A DNA stretch of 64,000 nt, taken from NCBI GenBank assembly GCA_009914755.4, contig CP086569.2, positions 4,736,001-4,800,000 on the forward strand, written 5' to 3'. Position numbers and translations under genes: made by a program. Source of the DNA: the human T2T-CHM13v2.0 reference genome, Homo sapiens. Below, in pieces: positions 44,276 to 62,062 of the stretch (position 1 is its first letter; every line of letters starts with the position of its first letter). Below the pieces are notes generated by a model. That model saw only the letters and a program-made list of their open reading frames with translations, was not told where the DNA came from and did not search any database.

Positions 44276-47200
44276 CTATTTTTTTATGATTATTTTCAGT
44301 TGATGTAGAACTTTACAAAATCTATTGACTTCAAAGAGGGATCAAAACAATCATATTCTACAGATGTACCCAATAGATATATGGATTCAATTAAGTTTGG
44401 TAGAAGATGAGAACAAAATAACTACTGATTTAGGAAAATTGGATGCAGAATAATAATTATAGTAGGGGCAATTTTGTCTGTAGATGGCAGTATGACAATT
44501 CTTGCTAGAAAATATATTGAAAAAAACTTCAACACAAAGGGTTGTAGCACTGTCCTCAGTACCATTGTGGGCATGAGGATCAGAATAGTCTGGGCTAGAT
44601 ACATCACATTAAAGCTTTTCAGAATCTGATAAATAGCTCTAAATACTAATGATATTGAGAAGCCTAGCTTCACTTGGGAAAATCTGTGGCTGTTCACAGA
44701 AATTCAGCACCAAGATATTCCCCCCATACTCTACCAGGCCTTCAGGTCCTCATAAAGAAAAGTGTCGTTTTCAGATTAGGAACTCAAAATTATTTTGGTG
44801 CATCAAATCTACAGTAACACAATATAACAAGAATGGGATTAGAAAAATGAAAGCCTACTCATTCTCATCTTTAAGCCAGAGAATGAAATATATATGAGGT
44901 CTCTACTTTAGATAGCTATTTAAATATTTGCATATTTATGCAAGGTATTTTGAGCCCTTCAGAAGACATTCTTAAAAGATAATAACTTTTGGAAAATAAA
45001 ATGCTTGCTTTCTCTAATGGGCACAAAGAAAACTGTGGGCATATTAAGACCCAAGAAATCTGTGCACAATAACTTAAAACCCAATACATTTATGAAAGCA
45101 AGAGTTTATCCAGTGCCTTTTATCAGTGTTCCATGAAGAAATGAATACAAATTTATCCAGAAACTCTTAAATGTTGAATGATTTAAATATAATTGTTCCC
45201 TTTAAAAATACAAGCAATGGAATTTACCCACATATTTTTCTCGAAGTCATGCTACATGTTGAGTTTATTATTTTGTTTGTGTTAACTCTTAAAAAAGTAT
45301 TAATCTTAGTTTCAGGGAATAAAGTCTTTTGAACACCTATTCAGGCTTAACAAAATAGTAGCAATGTGAAAATCAAAACTGATTTTCTTTCACCAAAAGT
45401 TCGAGATATTAAAGAAGGCTACTGGATTCAAGATAGCAATGCAAATAGTTTACCATAACTTTGGAAATGGGTTTAAGAATGGAGGTCATTCAAGCATAAG
45501 CGCAGTTATATAATACGATAACATTAACTTTTCTCTCTGAATCACACAGTGAACGTAAGGTACTAATTCAGATGTGGGTGCATTTTTGTTACAGTAGGTA
45601 CACAATTAAATGCTGTTTCAAAAGGTAAACTAGAACCCTAGTGTCTGTATAGAGAGCTTCTGTTAGACTTTAAAAGAATTTACGCTGCAGTTGTTATTTC
45701 TACAGTTTAGATGAATCCCATATTTTACATAGTTAGTGGATCTGGGATGGGCAACAAATGTTAAGAGATGTCGAACATCTCCACAGGGTGTGTTTTTGTT
45801 TATATTTAACCATTAAAAAGGGCACTCTCATTTTCAAATTCTTATTGCTATTCTGCTTATTGGATAAGTTTCTCAACATAAAAGTATCTTTTATGACTAA
45901 CACTACATGATTTGGGTATAATAACATTTTTTCCTGGGTTTAATTTGTGACTTTCTTTAAGAAATGTACAAAGAGTGGGTTTGTGAATTACGTATGTAGA
46001 TCATCATTTTTAACAGAGTTAATGAAGTTAATTAATAAAGCAAGTTCTGGTTTCAGTGCTTTTTGAAGGCACAGAGATATTTTATGAGCTAGACTGATTT
46101 TACTTGAGTTTATGAACACATAGCAAGGAGGGCATGGATGAAGAACAAAAAACTGAAGTATTTTTCAAATATCCTCACTTTTTTGTTTTTTTAAAAATAT
46201 TTTGTAATCCTAAAAAGTCATTAAAAATAATAAACTTTTTCCATGACACATTTTATATCATATAACTAAGAGACATTTTCTGAATCATAAGAATTAGTCA
46301 AAATACAAAAAAGTAAATGCTAATGAGAATCAGTTATTGGTTGTTATTAGGTTTTTATTAACTGAAAGGACTATCTTAGAATCATTGAATTAGCAGATGA
46401 CTTATTATTTCACAGCTTAAAAAGTAAATAAATTATATATTTTATTATTGGTTCACAGTTGTTTCATATTCGTTACTAAATATCTTCAAGACATGAATTG
46501 GTGAACTTAGGCAGACTAATATGATACTAAAAATAATTTGAATCTTTACATTTTGTGCTACATTTGCAATGTTCTTTACCTTTTCTATATGCTCTTCAAT
46601 TTGTGTTTAATGTTAGGGTGTTCACTGATGTTGCAGAATGCTAGCAAAATAACTGAGCACTGAAAAAGAAATTATGTATTTAAAAATTCAAATGCAGTAG
46701 GTGTCTTCTTTTTAAAGAAATATCATACAAAATGGGAGAAGTGACAGCCAATACAATACAAATTCATTGTTCCTTAAGGAAATACTTAGAGTGGAATAAA
46801 ATATTACTGTTAGCAGAAGGCAGAATTATTCCAATTTATTTTAAACAGTGAGAAATGCATTTTCAAAATGAGGGTTTGGGGAATATTTACAGTTAGTTCA
46901 TTACTCATCTGTATAGAAACAGGAAAGTGGAAAATAAAATGTTCTAGTAGACTATAAGAGACAAGGGAATTCATCTGAAATTTTATGTTTTATAAAGGGA
47001 ATCAAATACTTTCTAGTTCTCATAATTTCTCATTCTCCTTGATCATTCTATAGGTTGTTTTTCTGACTTGGATGTTCTGAAAATATATGGAACATTTATT
47101 AGATAGGAGTACGTATATTGCATAAAGCCATCTATACCTGGGGAATATAATGGTCGTCTTTGGCATAAGTTTCTACATGTATTATGGAAGGCATTTTTGT

Positions 47201-48493
47201 ATACATTGTAGTAGAAATTTTAAAAACATGAAATTTGAGAGGATGAGGCTACACATTATCTTCTATTAACACCTTCCAAAGCAAGCAGATAGCAATTGGT
47301 TGTTATGACACTAGAGAAACCATAAGTATAAATAATTATTTTAAAATCACTTTTGATCAATGTCATATAAAAGAGATAAACTGCCAAAACCAAGTCTTGC
47401 TTAATACAATTCACCCATTAAATATTGTGAAGACTATACATTTTAAAAAAAATAGAGAGGAGAATAAAAATGAAAGTAGAATTTTTGAAGGTCTTCCAGT
47501 CACTGTCTAAGACAAGTATTTGGGGTACATCATTTTCCAAAAAACAAACAAACAAACAAAAAACCTTACAAGTTTCTGTGATTTGAGTTGGAATAGTCTT
47601 TCAGTTTCAGAAATGAGGTGAATGAATGGTGAAAACTTTAGACAGTTCTAATTCATGCATGAAACCATCCTGTAGATATGATACATGGATTTGAAATGAT
47701 AATTGCAGTCTGAGTTAGCTTGGAATAGGATTGGTATTCGCTATTGTAAAATTCAGTAACTTTGATTCTGCATTTATATTTTGGTAATGCAAATTTTAAC
47801 CATGAAGCATGCTTGGCAAATGAAACTCCTAGAACACAACCATCTGATTTTGATAACCTGTTATTTTTCTTGTCCTAGACTGATTCCAGGACATGAACTA
47901 TTGAAATCTGCAGTGAGATGTAACTTTCTAGGAACAACAAAATTCCATTCCCCTTCCAAAAAATTTCAATGATTGTGATTTCAAAATTAGGCTAAGATCA
48001 TTAATTTTGTAATCTAGATTTCCCATTATAAAAGCAAGCAAAAATCATCTTAAAAATGATGTCCTAGTGAACCTTGTGCTTTCTTTAGCTGTAATCTGGC
48101 AATGGAAATTTAAAATTTATGGAAGAGACAGTGCAGCGCAATAACAGAGTACTCTCATGCTGTTTCTCTGTTTGCTCTGAATCAACAGCCATGATGTAAT
48201 ATAAGGCTGTCTTGGTGTATACACTTATGGTTAATATATCAGTCATGAAACATGCAATTACTTGCCCTGTCTGATTGTTGAATAATTAAAACATTATCTC
48301 CAGGAGTTTGGAAGTGAGCTGAACTAGCCAAACTACTCTCTGAAAGGTATCCAGGGCAAGAGACATTTTTAAGACCCCAAACAAACAAAAAACAAAACCA
48401 AAACACTCTGGTTCAGTGTTTTGAAAATATTGACTAACATAATATTGCTGAGAAAATCATTTTTATTACCCACCACTCTGCTTAAAAGTTGAG

Positions 48494-48860
<367 letters not shown>

Positions 48861-48866
48861 TTATTA

Positions 48867-49267
<401 letters not shown>

Positions 49268-51312
49268 CTATTTTTATCTGTCAAAAGGAGAATGTAAAGT
49301 TCTTTATACTCCCTGATATTTTGAAAAAAAGTATATTGATATTTCTTATATTACGAAACATAATTCCAGTCATATGAGGGTGGAAACAACGATTGAGATA
49401 GGAGATTTCAAAAAGATTTTATCTCAACTTTGAAACTACCTAAGAAAAATGTGAGGTTGCTAGAGTAACTTATTTAAATAAGTCTGTTTTATTTCTCTAG
49501 CATTAAATTACTAAATATACATCATTGCTTTGAGTAATTTTTCCTTTAAAATGAATTCACTTTTCACAGTAAGTCAACTAACTCATTTCCTACACGAATG
49601 AGACAATGCCTCATATTTTGTGTACATTATATTTTATTGAGGAAAGAATGACATGTTCCAATTTTATGCTATATTCTTAAACTATTTATGACTTACTAAC
49701 AGTACTAACAGAATTTTTTAAAATCATGATTTATTGGGATAAAAAGGGAGTACAAAGGACCCTTATAATGATTACATAGCATATGCTTCCTGAATTTTAA
49801 TTCAAATGTTAATTATGTATCATTTTACCTTTAAAAGTGTGAATAGGATTTGGTCTGTTTTGTATGTACATTAACGTTAGTGTATTATTTGAAGTGTTCT
49901 TTGATGTGAATGTATTTAGAAAAGGTTTATGCTCTGTTCAGTATTTCAAATTAGTGTAATTCTTGGATATTTAATATATAGGTAATATTTTAAACAAGTT
50001 TCTGTTAAAATTTAGTGTTCCCATTAACTCGGTACAGAATCCCTTGTATTTCCAATATGTCAGGTTCCATGAATGTACATGCTATCTGGTTGTTTAAACA
50101 TTACTTAGTTGATTATAATGACTGTGAGTATAACTACTTTTACTGCTTATGGTAGATATCATGTGAGTTACAATATTATATTACATACTCTTAAACAACT
50201 GTTGTAGAAAAGTTGCTTGAAATTAAAATACACACTTGTACAAGTTATTCACATAGAACAAGTTTACAGTTCCTCCCCTTTTATTCTTGATAAATATTTC
50301 AGTTTAGTTCAAATCATTCCAAGGAATGTAAAAATTGAGTCAACTTATTATATTCCTAAAATCAGTGCCCTGCAGGTAGTAAGATATACCTAGAGTGGAG
50401 GTTTCCAAAATCTACAGTCTCAATTTAATTTTGAATAAAATGACGAAGCCCAGAAAAGTGAATCAGAAGTTGAAGTGTCCCATAATAAGCTGTCATGGCT
50501 TCATGATCATTTGTGTATGTAATTATTATAAAAATGCATTTGCATTTTTATTGCTTGTGTCATGACTAGCCTGGCCTTTCCTTTCCTTTTCTGCACACAC
50601 TGAACTAAGGGAGAATACCTTGTTTTTCTTCCATTTCAGTGAACCTTTCCTTCATAACTGCAATGAGTAAAGGTCCTAATCACTCCTTTGTATATATGAA
50701 GATGAAAATTCCTTGAAATAATTATCCAGAATTTCTTTAAAAGCATTCCTCAATGGTTTTATGGGTGCTGTATTTGAAGAAGATTAAAATAGAAACTTTA
50801 TTTTAAAGCTATGACTCCATCTCTTAGAATGCAGCGTCTCTGAGAAAGGAACTTCTAAACTGACTTCTGCTTTGGGCTAAAATATTTACCCATATAAGCC
50901 AATGATAGTATAGAGATTTAACAGTATTTAAATTTGGGCCATAGATGAAAATGAATTCTACTTTTGACTAGTAACTATTCTTGATCCATCCTTTGCTTTT
51001 GTTTGAGAGAATATTATCTCTATTTGAGAACAACATGGAAGGCATTGAAACTAGTTTTCCACAAAGGCCAGAGGACAAAAATATTTATTTCCTTACTTGA
51101 TTCCTTATCAGTTGACCTGGTCGCACCTTTAATTTAATTGATATTATTATTACGTTTGCCTTGCAAGTTCTCAGATATCTCCAACCTTTTGTGTTGTCAT
51201 TCATCGACTACGGGAATATTCTCAATGAAATGTCCTTGATGGTCTCTCTGGTTCTTATTCTAGTCATGAAAAGGAAAAGACAAAAAGATAGCAAATCTTA
51301 AAACTAGTCATC

Positions 51313-51665
<353 letters not shown>

Positions 51666-51999
51666 TTAAATTATAAGTAGCTTACCTGATGAGCTACAGT
51701 GTACTGTATACTTTCTCCCCTGCAAGCACTCAAAGAAATATTATTTGATCAAAATCTATAGTGCATAAATTAAACAAAAAATACTGAAATATATTCTCAT
51801 TTTATTTTAATTATGAAAGTTTATTTTTAATGATATGATATTTAAGCTATTATATTTCTCACTTTTTTATTTTCAATGATTTAAATGTAAAAATTATAAA
51901 ACAATTTTAATCTCATTCATTAATTCATCTTTCATGTATAAGTCTGTTTTCTCTGTTGACCACCCTGTCCACATTATGAATGAAAATATGTATATACTT

Positions 52000-52358
<359 letters not shown>

Positions 52359-53683
52359 TTATATTCAATCAATATTTACTAACCTTGTCATTTCACCATG
52401 AAATACTAACTGCATCATTTTGCTGTTTTGTCACCTGCACTCCTCACTGTTGAATTCCATGTTGTAATTGTGTATCTAGCTAGATGTGATGTGCAGCCTG
52501 AGTGTAACAGAAGCACTACAGGACAAGCAGACCTTGAGTAATCTTATATAAATCTAAGCCACATTCCATAAATGCTTCTTGTAGGTGCTTTTGTGTAATA
52601 AATGTATTTTCTTGGCTTTTATGAAGCTTAGTTTGTGTTTATTTTAAATATGACTTAGCTTCCTAGAATATTCAAAGATTCTGTGATAATACAAAGCTAT
52701 ATTTCTTGCATATAATTAGTATTTTTAGAAAGAACTACAGTGCATTTTTTCATACATCGTGCGTGTTCATACATGACATCTTTGGTTTAATGTATTTAGA
52801 ATTAGGAGTTGACTTTTAAAATTCTAGAGTAGCCATAGGTTTCTATTTTTATTGTACGTGTGATACACATTTGTTGTAGAAAAATCTAGAAAATTGTATA
52901 AAGTTTTTAGATGAAGAATTTTAAAATTATTTGTTTTTATTTCAAGCTATAGCAGTGAGTTCTTTATAACAGTAATTCTGTTTGAAGGCTATATAACTTT
53001 TTGAAGTGGTGCATTTTAAAATTATAGAATTATGCTTATTGTTTTATAAACTATACATCCAGGACTTTTTACATGTATTGAAGACTGATTTATTTATTAA
53101 ACATATTGTTTATTTTTATAGATGTATGATTGGACAAATTTATGTAATAACATACCTTGATTAGTTGATAGTGTAATACAGAGGCATGTTACATATCTCC
53201 ATCATGAGACTAAACTCCCCTGAGTAAAAATATCAAGTCTTGATGAAAAAGCTTTTATACTTTAAAAAAATACCATCTAATGTTTTCCAAAAGTTCCCTT
53301 AGAACAACCTAGTTACATAATTATTTCCCAGAATTTTCAGAACTCTTTTAATTTTCCTATATTCTAGATATTTGCAACTGAAATTGTTTTAAATGTTCCT
53401 TTTGAAATAGTTAATTACATTTAATTATCCATACATACACAAATATATCCAATTAATAATAAAACGTTTTTGTCAAGTGAAAAAAATCACAAATCACATT
53501 TCATTAGATTTCAGGTAGTCAAATTGACATAATCATGAAAATGAACTATTCCAATAGATTTTCTAGAAATATTTGTACTTTATCCCTTATCCTAGAACCT
53601 TATATGTACCAATTATATATTGATTTACTTCATAAAATGTTACTGTCTTTTGAATACAGTTGACTTTTAAAAAAATTTTCAGT

Positions 53684-54011
<328 letters not shown>

Positions 54012-54628
54012 TCATTCTTTTTATCTTAAAACTTGGAAGAAACATTAGATACAATAATACTTTCATTAGTCAATTAGAGAAAACTTTAAGTAATAGGCTT
54101 TGACTATTCAGTAGTAGTGAAAAGTAAAACAAATATTGAACTCTAAAGAAAAATGTTATTTACAGAAATCTATAAAATAAACTTTAAAATGTATTTACTT
54201 ATTATATATCAGTTCTAACCTTAATTACAAAATCAATGCAGAGCACCATTTCAATGATATATTATAACTAAAGAGAACTGATCATAAACAACTGTTACAT
54301 TATCCAAAAATATTTTCAGTAATTCAAACATGCAACTTGAATAGTTGTTGAGTGACACAAACTTGAAGTAACTAAAATTATTTTTTTAAATGCACTGGCT
54401 CTTTTGACATGTAAATACAGAAATAGTCTCATATTCAAGGATGGAACAAATACACAAAAATGGAATTTCATGGACTCTCAACACTAGTTTGTGACCTCTG
54501 AAATGAGAGACCATATTTTATTATTATTTTTATTTATTTCATCTCTTGTTATTCAAAACTATGAATTGAGTGTATTTTTTGCAGAAAATTATACTCATCA
54601 TTTATGATGCTCAGATTAAATAATTACT

Positions 54629-54931
54629 TTTTTGTTTTGTTTTGTTTTGCTTTTTAAGACATAGTCTTGCTCTGTCTCCCAGGCTGGAGTGCAGTGGCCT
54701 GATCTCAGCTCACTGCAACCTCCGCCTCCTGGGTTCAAGAGATTCTCCTGTCTCAGCCTCCTGAGGGACTATAGTCATGTGCCACCACACCCGGCTAATT
54801 TTTGTATTTTTAGTAGAAACGGGGTTTCGCCATTTTGACCAGGCTGTTCTCAAACTCCTGACCTCAGGTGATCCACCTGCCTCAGCCTCCCAAAGTGCTG
54901 GGATTACAGGCGTGAGCCAGCGCACCTGGCC
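54629..54931 (-). mobile_element. Alu SINE, antisense. TSD aaataatta.
   Basis: agacatagtcttgctctgtctcccaggctggagtgcagtggcctgatctcagctcactgcaacctccgcctcc...ggccaggtgcgctggctcacgcctgtaatcc (reverse complement). Confidence 0.9.
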
Positions 54932-57330
54932 AAATAATTAGTTTTTTTACACAAATTTAATTATCCAAAGAAACTGCTGAGTTATCTTCCAGATTGTTAT
55001 CATGACTGTGTTTACATGATACCAAAACATATGGAGGCAAAATAGAATTTTTTACTACATATAGGGATATTTTGCTGACCTGACAGAATTATTTGACTAC
55101 ATAAAGACACAGAATTTAGTACTACAGAATGATATTGTAAATAGTTTCATTTTCGATAGAAAAAAGAGTTTTACATGCTATATAAAGTTGTCATTATCTG
55201 AATCTAGAATAACTGATAACAGTTAACAACAGAATTCCACACAGTGCTGCAATTCAATTTTACATTTATACATTTTAGTTGTGTATAAAGACATACACTT
55301 ATTTATTTCAAAATGCACACAAATTAAAGAAATGAGAGGGAATGTACACTTAAATCTTTTTAGGTGTCTGAACTGAAAGATAGATGTCTAGAAGTTAATA
55401 TACCTAATTGTGTGTCTAGAGGAAATGTCATATTAATTTGATGTTTAAGCAGTTCTAATGTATTGGTATTAAAATGGGTTAGTGTATGTGTGAGCACAGA
55501 TATGTTTGCATATATGTGTGCATATTTATGTTTCTCAAATTTCTAGCAGAAAAAAGTAATATAAACTTCAAACTAAAGAAAGCTTGTTAAAAGATTTTGC
55601 ATCTACATTTACAATGTTATTGTCCCCTTTTACACCATTATGCCTCGTTTCTAAACTATAATCATCCAGTATCCCTGATATCATCCCATATATAATCTTT
55701 CATTTAGAAAATCCTTGTCATATCCAGTACATTCTGTATGTGTCCTCATGTTTTTTTCTTTTAAAAAAATTATTTGTCTGTTTCCCAAATGATCACAGAT
55801 CCAGTAATGTTAAAGTACATATAAAAAATTAAATTGATTTTTGTTATCTAAGTACTAGTACAGATTCTGCTTCTCTTGCACACACACACAAATAAAGACA
55901 AATTTGCTTTCCATAATAGCCAACTTCTGCCCAGTTGTTATAACTAAAATATATCCAAGTAAAAGTCCATTAAAACAATCCTCTTTATTTTGCATTGTTA
56001 CATTACTTAATTTTAATAATTATGAAAATAAAAAGAAAGAAGTAGTTCTCTGTTAGTCTTCTGTACAATGTCAGATTTGCTGTTTCATGTGTCTTCAACT
56101 TTATGGGTTTAATTTATGTCTTCATCAAATGGCTATGGTATGGATTTACCATAATTATATACATGCGTACATGCCTACCTATGTATATATAAACAAACAT
56201 TTTTGTAAACAGCTCAGTGAGGACTTTGGACTGGCATAAATCATAGGAATATGATTATGAGGATACATCCAATTTTCAGATTGGGCAATGTATACAGTTT
56301 ATTATCATTTCTGATTTTGAGTAGAGTTAGTACTAAGAACAGCATTGAAGAAAAGCAGTATAACATTAAAATTAAGAAGATTTAAAATACAAGAGGATTC
56401 ATAACAGTCACTTTTAAAATATTGTTTTGGCTTTCTACTTTGGAGCTGTAATTTTAAAAAACCAATGAACAGGTTTTTGTATGAATATGTTAGAATGACT
56501 AATTATAGAGCATCTTTCAACTGGAATACATGTAGATACTAACACCTGGTTGTATTTGATGTAATTTCAGTGCATACAGTGTGTGTAATCTGTATTAAGT
56601 GAAATACTTATGAATAAAGTTGTTTCTGCATTGCAATAACACATCTTCTGATATTTTTTGAAGTGCTTCTTGTCAGCAGGGGCTACTAGTTTCATTAACA
56701 TCATCAAGGATCCTAAAATATTTTTAGCACAGTGACATCCTACATTCTTCATGGTATAGCTCATTATCTGTGCTGGATTAACCAGAATTTTTATATTGTC
56801 ATTTCTGTTCACCACCATTGTGGTGTAATTGATCTTTTTCGATTAACCCAAAGCAATGAAGTAGTCATATTTACTAAAGTTTTAGTTTCGTGCGTTTTAT
56901 TGTATTAACATTTTTTGAATATTGGTAATGTGGTATCATTTATGAACCACTGTATTTGATAAAGCATTATCGATAACGGAGTTTACCATGAGTTCAGACA
57001 AGATAAATTAAATATTTCTCAAACTCCTACTGTGAGTAAGGCAATGTGGAGAAGGTCAATGGTTATGGTGAGGGATGGGGTATAGGGGGCTAGAAATGTA
57101 GGATGACCAAGGTTCTCCCCTAGTTGCTATTACTGTAAAAAGCCCCCTGTCCAAGGAGTTGAACTGCAAGTATGTTTAATAAAAAAACAAAAAACAAACA
57201 ACTTTCCTTTTTCCAGTGCAGAAAATTTGTGAGTATATAATATCAGGGTTTAAAAAAAAAAAGAAAAAGAAAAAAAGCACATAAAAGTGACAAAATATAA
57301 AATTTCAGTGTTTACTATAATAATTAGAGG

Positions 57331-57376
57331 GGTGTGTGTGTGTGTGTGTGTGTGTGTGTTAGAGAGAGAGAGAGAA
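57331..57376. repeat. Compound (GT)n(GA)n microsatellite
   Basis: Read directly. Confidence 0.95.
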
Positions 57377-58014
57377 TATCACTAGTAAACCACCTCCCAA
57401 GTATGTATTGGGTATGGGCATGCATGTACTTACCCCATTTCAGGAAGCATCCTAAAATCAGCAACACTTTCCTCTCCTCAGTCACATCCAAGCCAACAGC
57501 TATATTATGTTGATAATACCTCCAAAATACCCCTGACATTTGTCCCGTCGCCATTTCCTTTTTCCAGTCTTAGTCACCAGTTACCTGTTCCACTACTAAC
57601 AGGTTGCCTTACTTTCTACTTTCATTTGTTCAATCAATTTTCTACCCTGTACCCATAATACTCCTAAAACACAGGTCTGATCCAGTGAAGCCTGACAGAA
57701 AAGCTTCTCTTTCCTCATTGCACATAGAATAAAGCCTCAATTTTTATATTTTTCAAGGGACTTTGCAATCTTAACCAGTTCTACTTGTTCATTCTATCTC
57801 GTACCTTGCCATGCACCTCGTATTTTTGTCATTTCTTCTGCCACCCCCTCCTCCCTGATCATGGCATGCACTTTGATGCCTCCATAAATCTGCACAATTT
57901 ACCAGAATTATTTTGAGGACTTTTTTTTTGTTAAGACACCGCTGCAAGGACAAAAACAAAAATAAACTGCAGTTGGCGATATTGAAGTGCAACTGTGGAG
58001 ATAGGACAAGAACA

Positions 58015-58271
58015 CATTTTTTTTTTTTTTTTTTTTTTTGAGACGGAGTCTCGCTCTGTTGCCCAGGCTGGAGTGCAGTGGCACGATCTTGGCTCACGGC
58101 AACATCCGCCTCCCGGGTTCAAGCAATTTCAGGCTAATTTTTGTATTTTTAGTAGAGACTGGGGTTACACCCTGTTGGCCAACCTGCTCTCTAACTCCTG
58201 ACCTGAAGTGATCCGCCCGCCTCATTCTCCCAAAATGCTAGGATTACAGGCGTGAGTCACCGCGCCCGGCC
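58015..58271 (-). mobile_element. Alu SINE, antisense, with an internal deletion of about 45 bp. TSD aagaacaca.
   Basis: A poly-T leader, then gagacggagtctcgctctgttgcccaggctggagtgcagtggcacgatcttggctcac...ggccgggcgcggtgactcacgcctgtaatcc. The direct repeat aagaacaca flanks both ends. The central segment is missing (caagcaatt|tcaggctaattttt). Confidence 0.9.
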
Positions 58272-58665
58272 AAGAACACAATTTTAATACCAGAGAGTAT
58301 ATGACAAAAATGAAGAAATGCTACCTGATTTTATTAAAAATGAAACAAGTCGGCATGCTATCATTTCCTTCCATATCTTTTCAAATCTTAGCATCAACCT
58401 TACATAATTCTTATAAAATTAAAATGTTTCAAATAAATGACTAGGTCATATAACCTGTAAACATCAGTTTCTGGAAACTATTCCCAGAAAATTGTTACAT
58501 TGCTTTTCTTCATTAATTCTAGAAACATTTTTAAAGCTCTATTTTGGATATTTTGATTGTTGTTACACCTTTTGTCCATGAGTTACACTCAAAAAGTATC
58601 AAAGGAAAAATTTAACGCATTTATTGATCTGCATATAGTCCATATACAAAGGGGTGAGAGAACCG

Positions 58666-58667
<2 letters not shown>

Positions 58668-58696
<29 letters not shown>

Positions 58697-58761
58697 GAGA
58701 TGGAGTCTCGCTCTGTCGCCCAGGCTGGAGTGCAGTGGCGCAATCTCGGCTCACTGCAAGC
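58668..58761 (-). mobile_element. Short Alu 3'-terminal fragment with a ~35-nt poly-T, antisense
   Basis: tttt...gagatggagtctcgctctgtcgcccaggctggagtgcagtggcgcaatctcggctcactgcaag, then unrelated sequence. Confidence 0.8.
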
Positions 58762-59162
58762 GCTTTTAGGCATTTTAGCACAAGAAGCATCTCAGTGTGT
58801 GATTTCTTCAAAGAAAAATATTCCCAGTATGCTATATGGCGAGAAAAAAAGACATTCTTGTCTTCAATAGAGGGACATTTTCTGTGGTGAATAATCACAA
58901 ATCTATATTGACGACTATGGTTTGGATGTGTTTGTGTAGACATAAATCCTGTCGCCGAAGTACTGAGATGAAATGTTCACGCCAAATAGAAATCATTGTG
59001 TCTCTCCGCCCCTCTGCTGAAAATCAAAGTTATCAATTTTGGGAAAACATGAACAGATGGAGAAACCATGGGATATCAAATGTACATATATGTATGTCCA
59101 AATTATAACATGGCAGAGCTACTCTGAAAATGCAGAAACTACATATCCCTACTCAAAACTGA

Positions 59163-59641
<479 letters not shown>

Positions 59642-61269
59642 TTATATGTAGGAAACATTCTGGGAAATTGGGGTTTTGTTTAGTTTAGTTTCTCTTTCAT
59701 ATCTTTCCTAGACAATCTTATATCAGGAGATTCTTAACACCAGCTTTAGGATAAGACATTTCCATGGTACATGTTTTATAAAAAATCGTGACTTATGTCA
59801 CCTCTTTTTGTAAAGGAAATGAAAACCATCATGAATAGGAAAATAATGTTTCTTTTGCTCAGTTACAACTATAGAGAATTTTCAATCATCCCAGATAAAA
59901 TAAAAGCAGCTATTAACATTCTTAAAGTCGGTGACTATTTTCTTCAGTGCACATACCTTGGTAATAGAGGGTCATTATAAAGGGTTAATATAGTGAAAGA
60001 CTAGATATGAAGACAAGACTAAGGACTCAATAACATGAAAAACATAGCAAAAACAGTACATTACCATATTTCTAGTGAACAAATGTTGCTTTTATGTTTG
60101 TGTGGTGTTTTACATTTTCTTGAAGTGCTTCCATCAGGGCATCGGAAAGATTTTTATTCATAAACGCACCCCTCTTATTCCCTTTTAATCTGATAGAGGC
60201 CAAAAGTATGTTTTACTCTGATTTATTTCTTAGAAACAATTATATCTAAAATGAGTCTAACTGAAAAGGTACAATAACAATATTCCAAATATGCCTTAAC
60301 TCTATTTCTACCTCAAATATCACTGTGCTTATGTATGAAATTTCAAATTTCATGGTCCGTTTTTTTTGTTTCATGGAGAAAAATACCATGTCCCTTCTGA
60401 TATGAAATCAGAATCCCAAGAGACAACTCAGAAAATAGACTTGCAACATACCCTTTTTTAGGTTAGTCTGGCATGTAGAATGTGTTAGAACTCCAGATTG
60501 GCTACCACATATAGACATGGGAAGTGTTAGATATACTAACAGATAGAGACTTGTCCTATTAACACATTAAAGAAACATGCTGTAGTTCAGAGCTTCTCAT
60601 CCTCTGGGCACCCTTTGTGACCCTATGTTCACATAGGGGCATGCACCTTGACTCATATAATTTCTGTTAATCCAATAAGAGAAAAAATCTCAGTCAACTA
60701 CACACTTTCTGGATAAGGTGACTCTTTTTACTCAGGAAAACAGTTTTCTGATCATGTTCCCTTATAATACATTTTTATGCCTTTCTTAGCAATATTACTC
60801 TGTGGTATACTTCAGTCAAATCACCTGAACTCTCTCATTCCCTGAGCGGTGGTCACTGTACTCATCACAATGTCTATATACACTGTGTGGAGAGTAAAGT
60901 TTATTTAACCACATAAGCTGCTATTCTGAAAATATATTTTTCACATTGAGAGAAGTATAGTTTGTGTAGCTAAAGCTATACAAGGTGGTTGAGTGTTGGG
61001 AAAAAGAGATTGAGACAGGGAGAGGGTGCTAGTGCTGAAAAGATCAAAAGCCTAACAGGAAAAGAGAAAGAGGTGGTAGGATACAAAAGATCAAAACTAT
61101 GGATTCTCTCGGACATTTCCTCAGTTTCATCAACCTACATATTTATTAGTTTGCCTCTCCCTGGTAATGCCTAGGATTGGTCCTTGCACAAGTTACCATT
61201 TCTGAAGGTTTTACATATTCATGCCCCCAAGTTTTAACACCTTCTCTCATCTCTGACAGAAATATCAAA

Positions 61270-61640
61270 TAATTGTATATATTCTACATGAGGTTTCCCC
61301 TTGCCCAAAGAAACCTAACAGTCCAGAAAGATATTTATGTAAGTTTGATTTCTGTACAGATGTATATAATACTGATATTATATATAATACATATTATATT
61401 ATATGTATATATTTATGTGTATCAAATATTCATTATATTACACATTCCGTATATTTACATATTACATGTATAATATGTAATACACTTTACATACATTATA
61501 CACATATACATATACATATGTTATGTATTATATATTATACATATTATATACATATACACGTATATTATGTATATGTATATATGTATATTATGTACATGTA
61601 TGTAATACACATACATAGTATATATAAATATAAAGCTAAA
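61270..61640. repeat. AT-rich low-complexity block with (TATATG/ATACA)-type degenerate microsatellite
   Basis: tatataatacatattatattatatgtatatatttatgtgtatc... imperfect repeats read directly. Confidence 0.85.
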
Positions 61641-61770
61641 ATACAGTTAATAGAACTTAAATTTATGTTCCAATTTGAAAAAGAAAAAGATGAAGAGTGT
61701 ATTCTTCTAATAGGAACAAATTTTTGTTTTGGTCTTGGAGAAATATTTTACTTACTTAATTAAGTAATAA

Positions 61771-62062
<292 letters not shown>

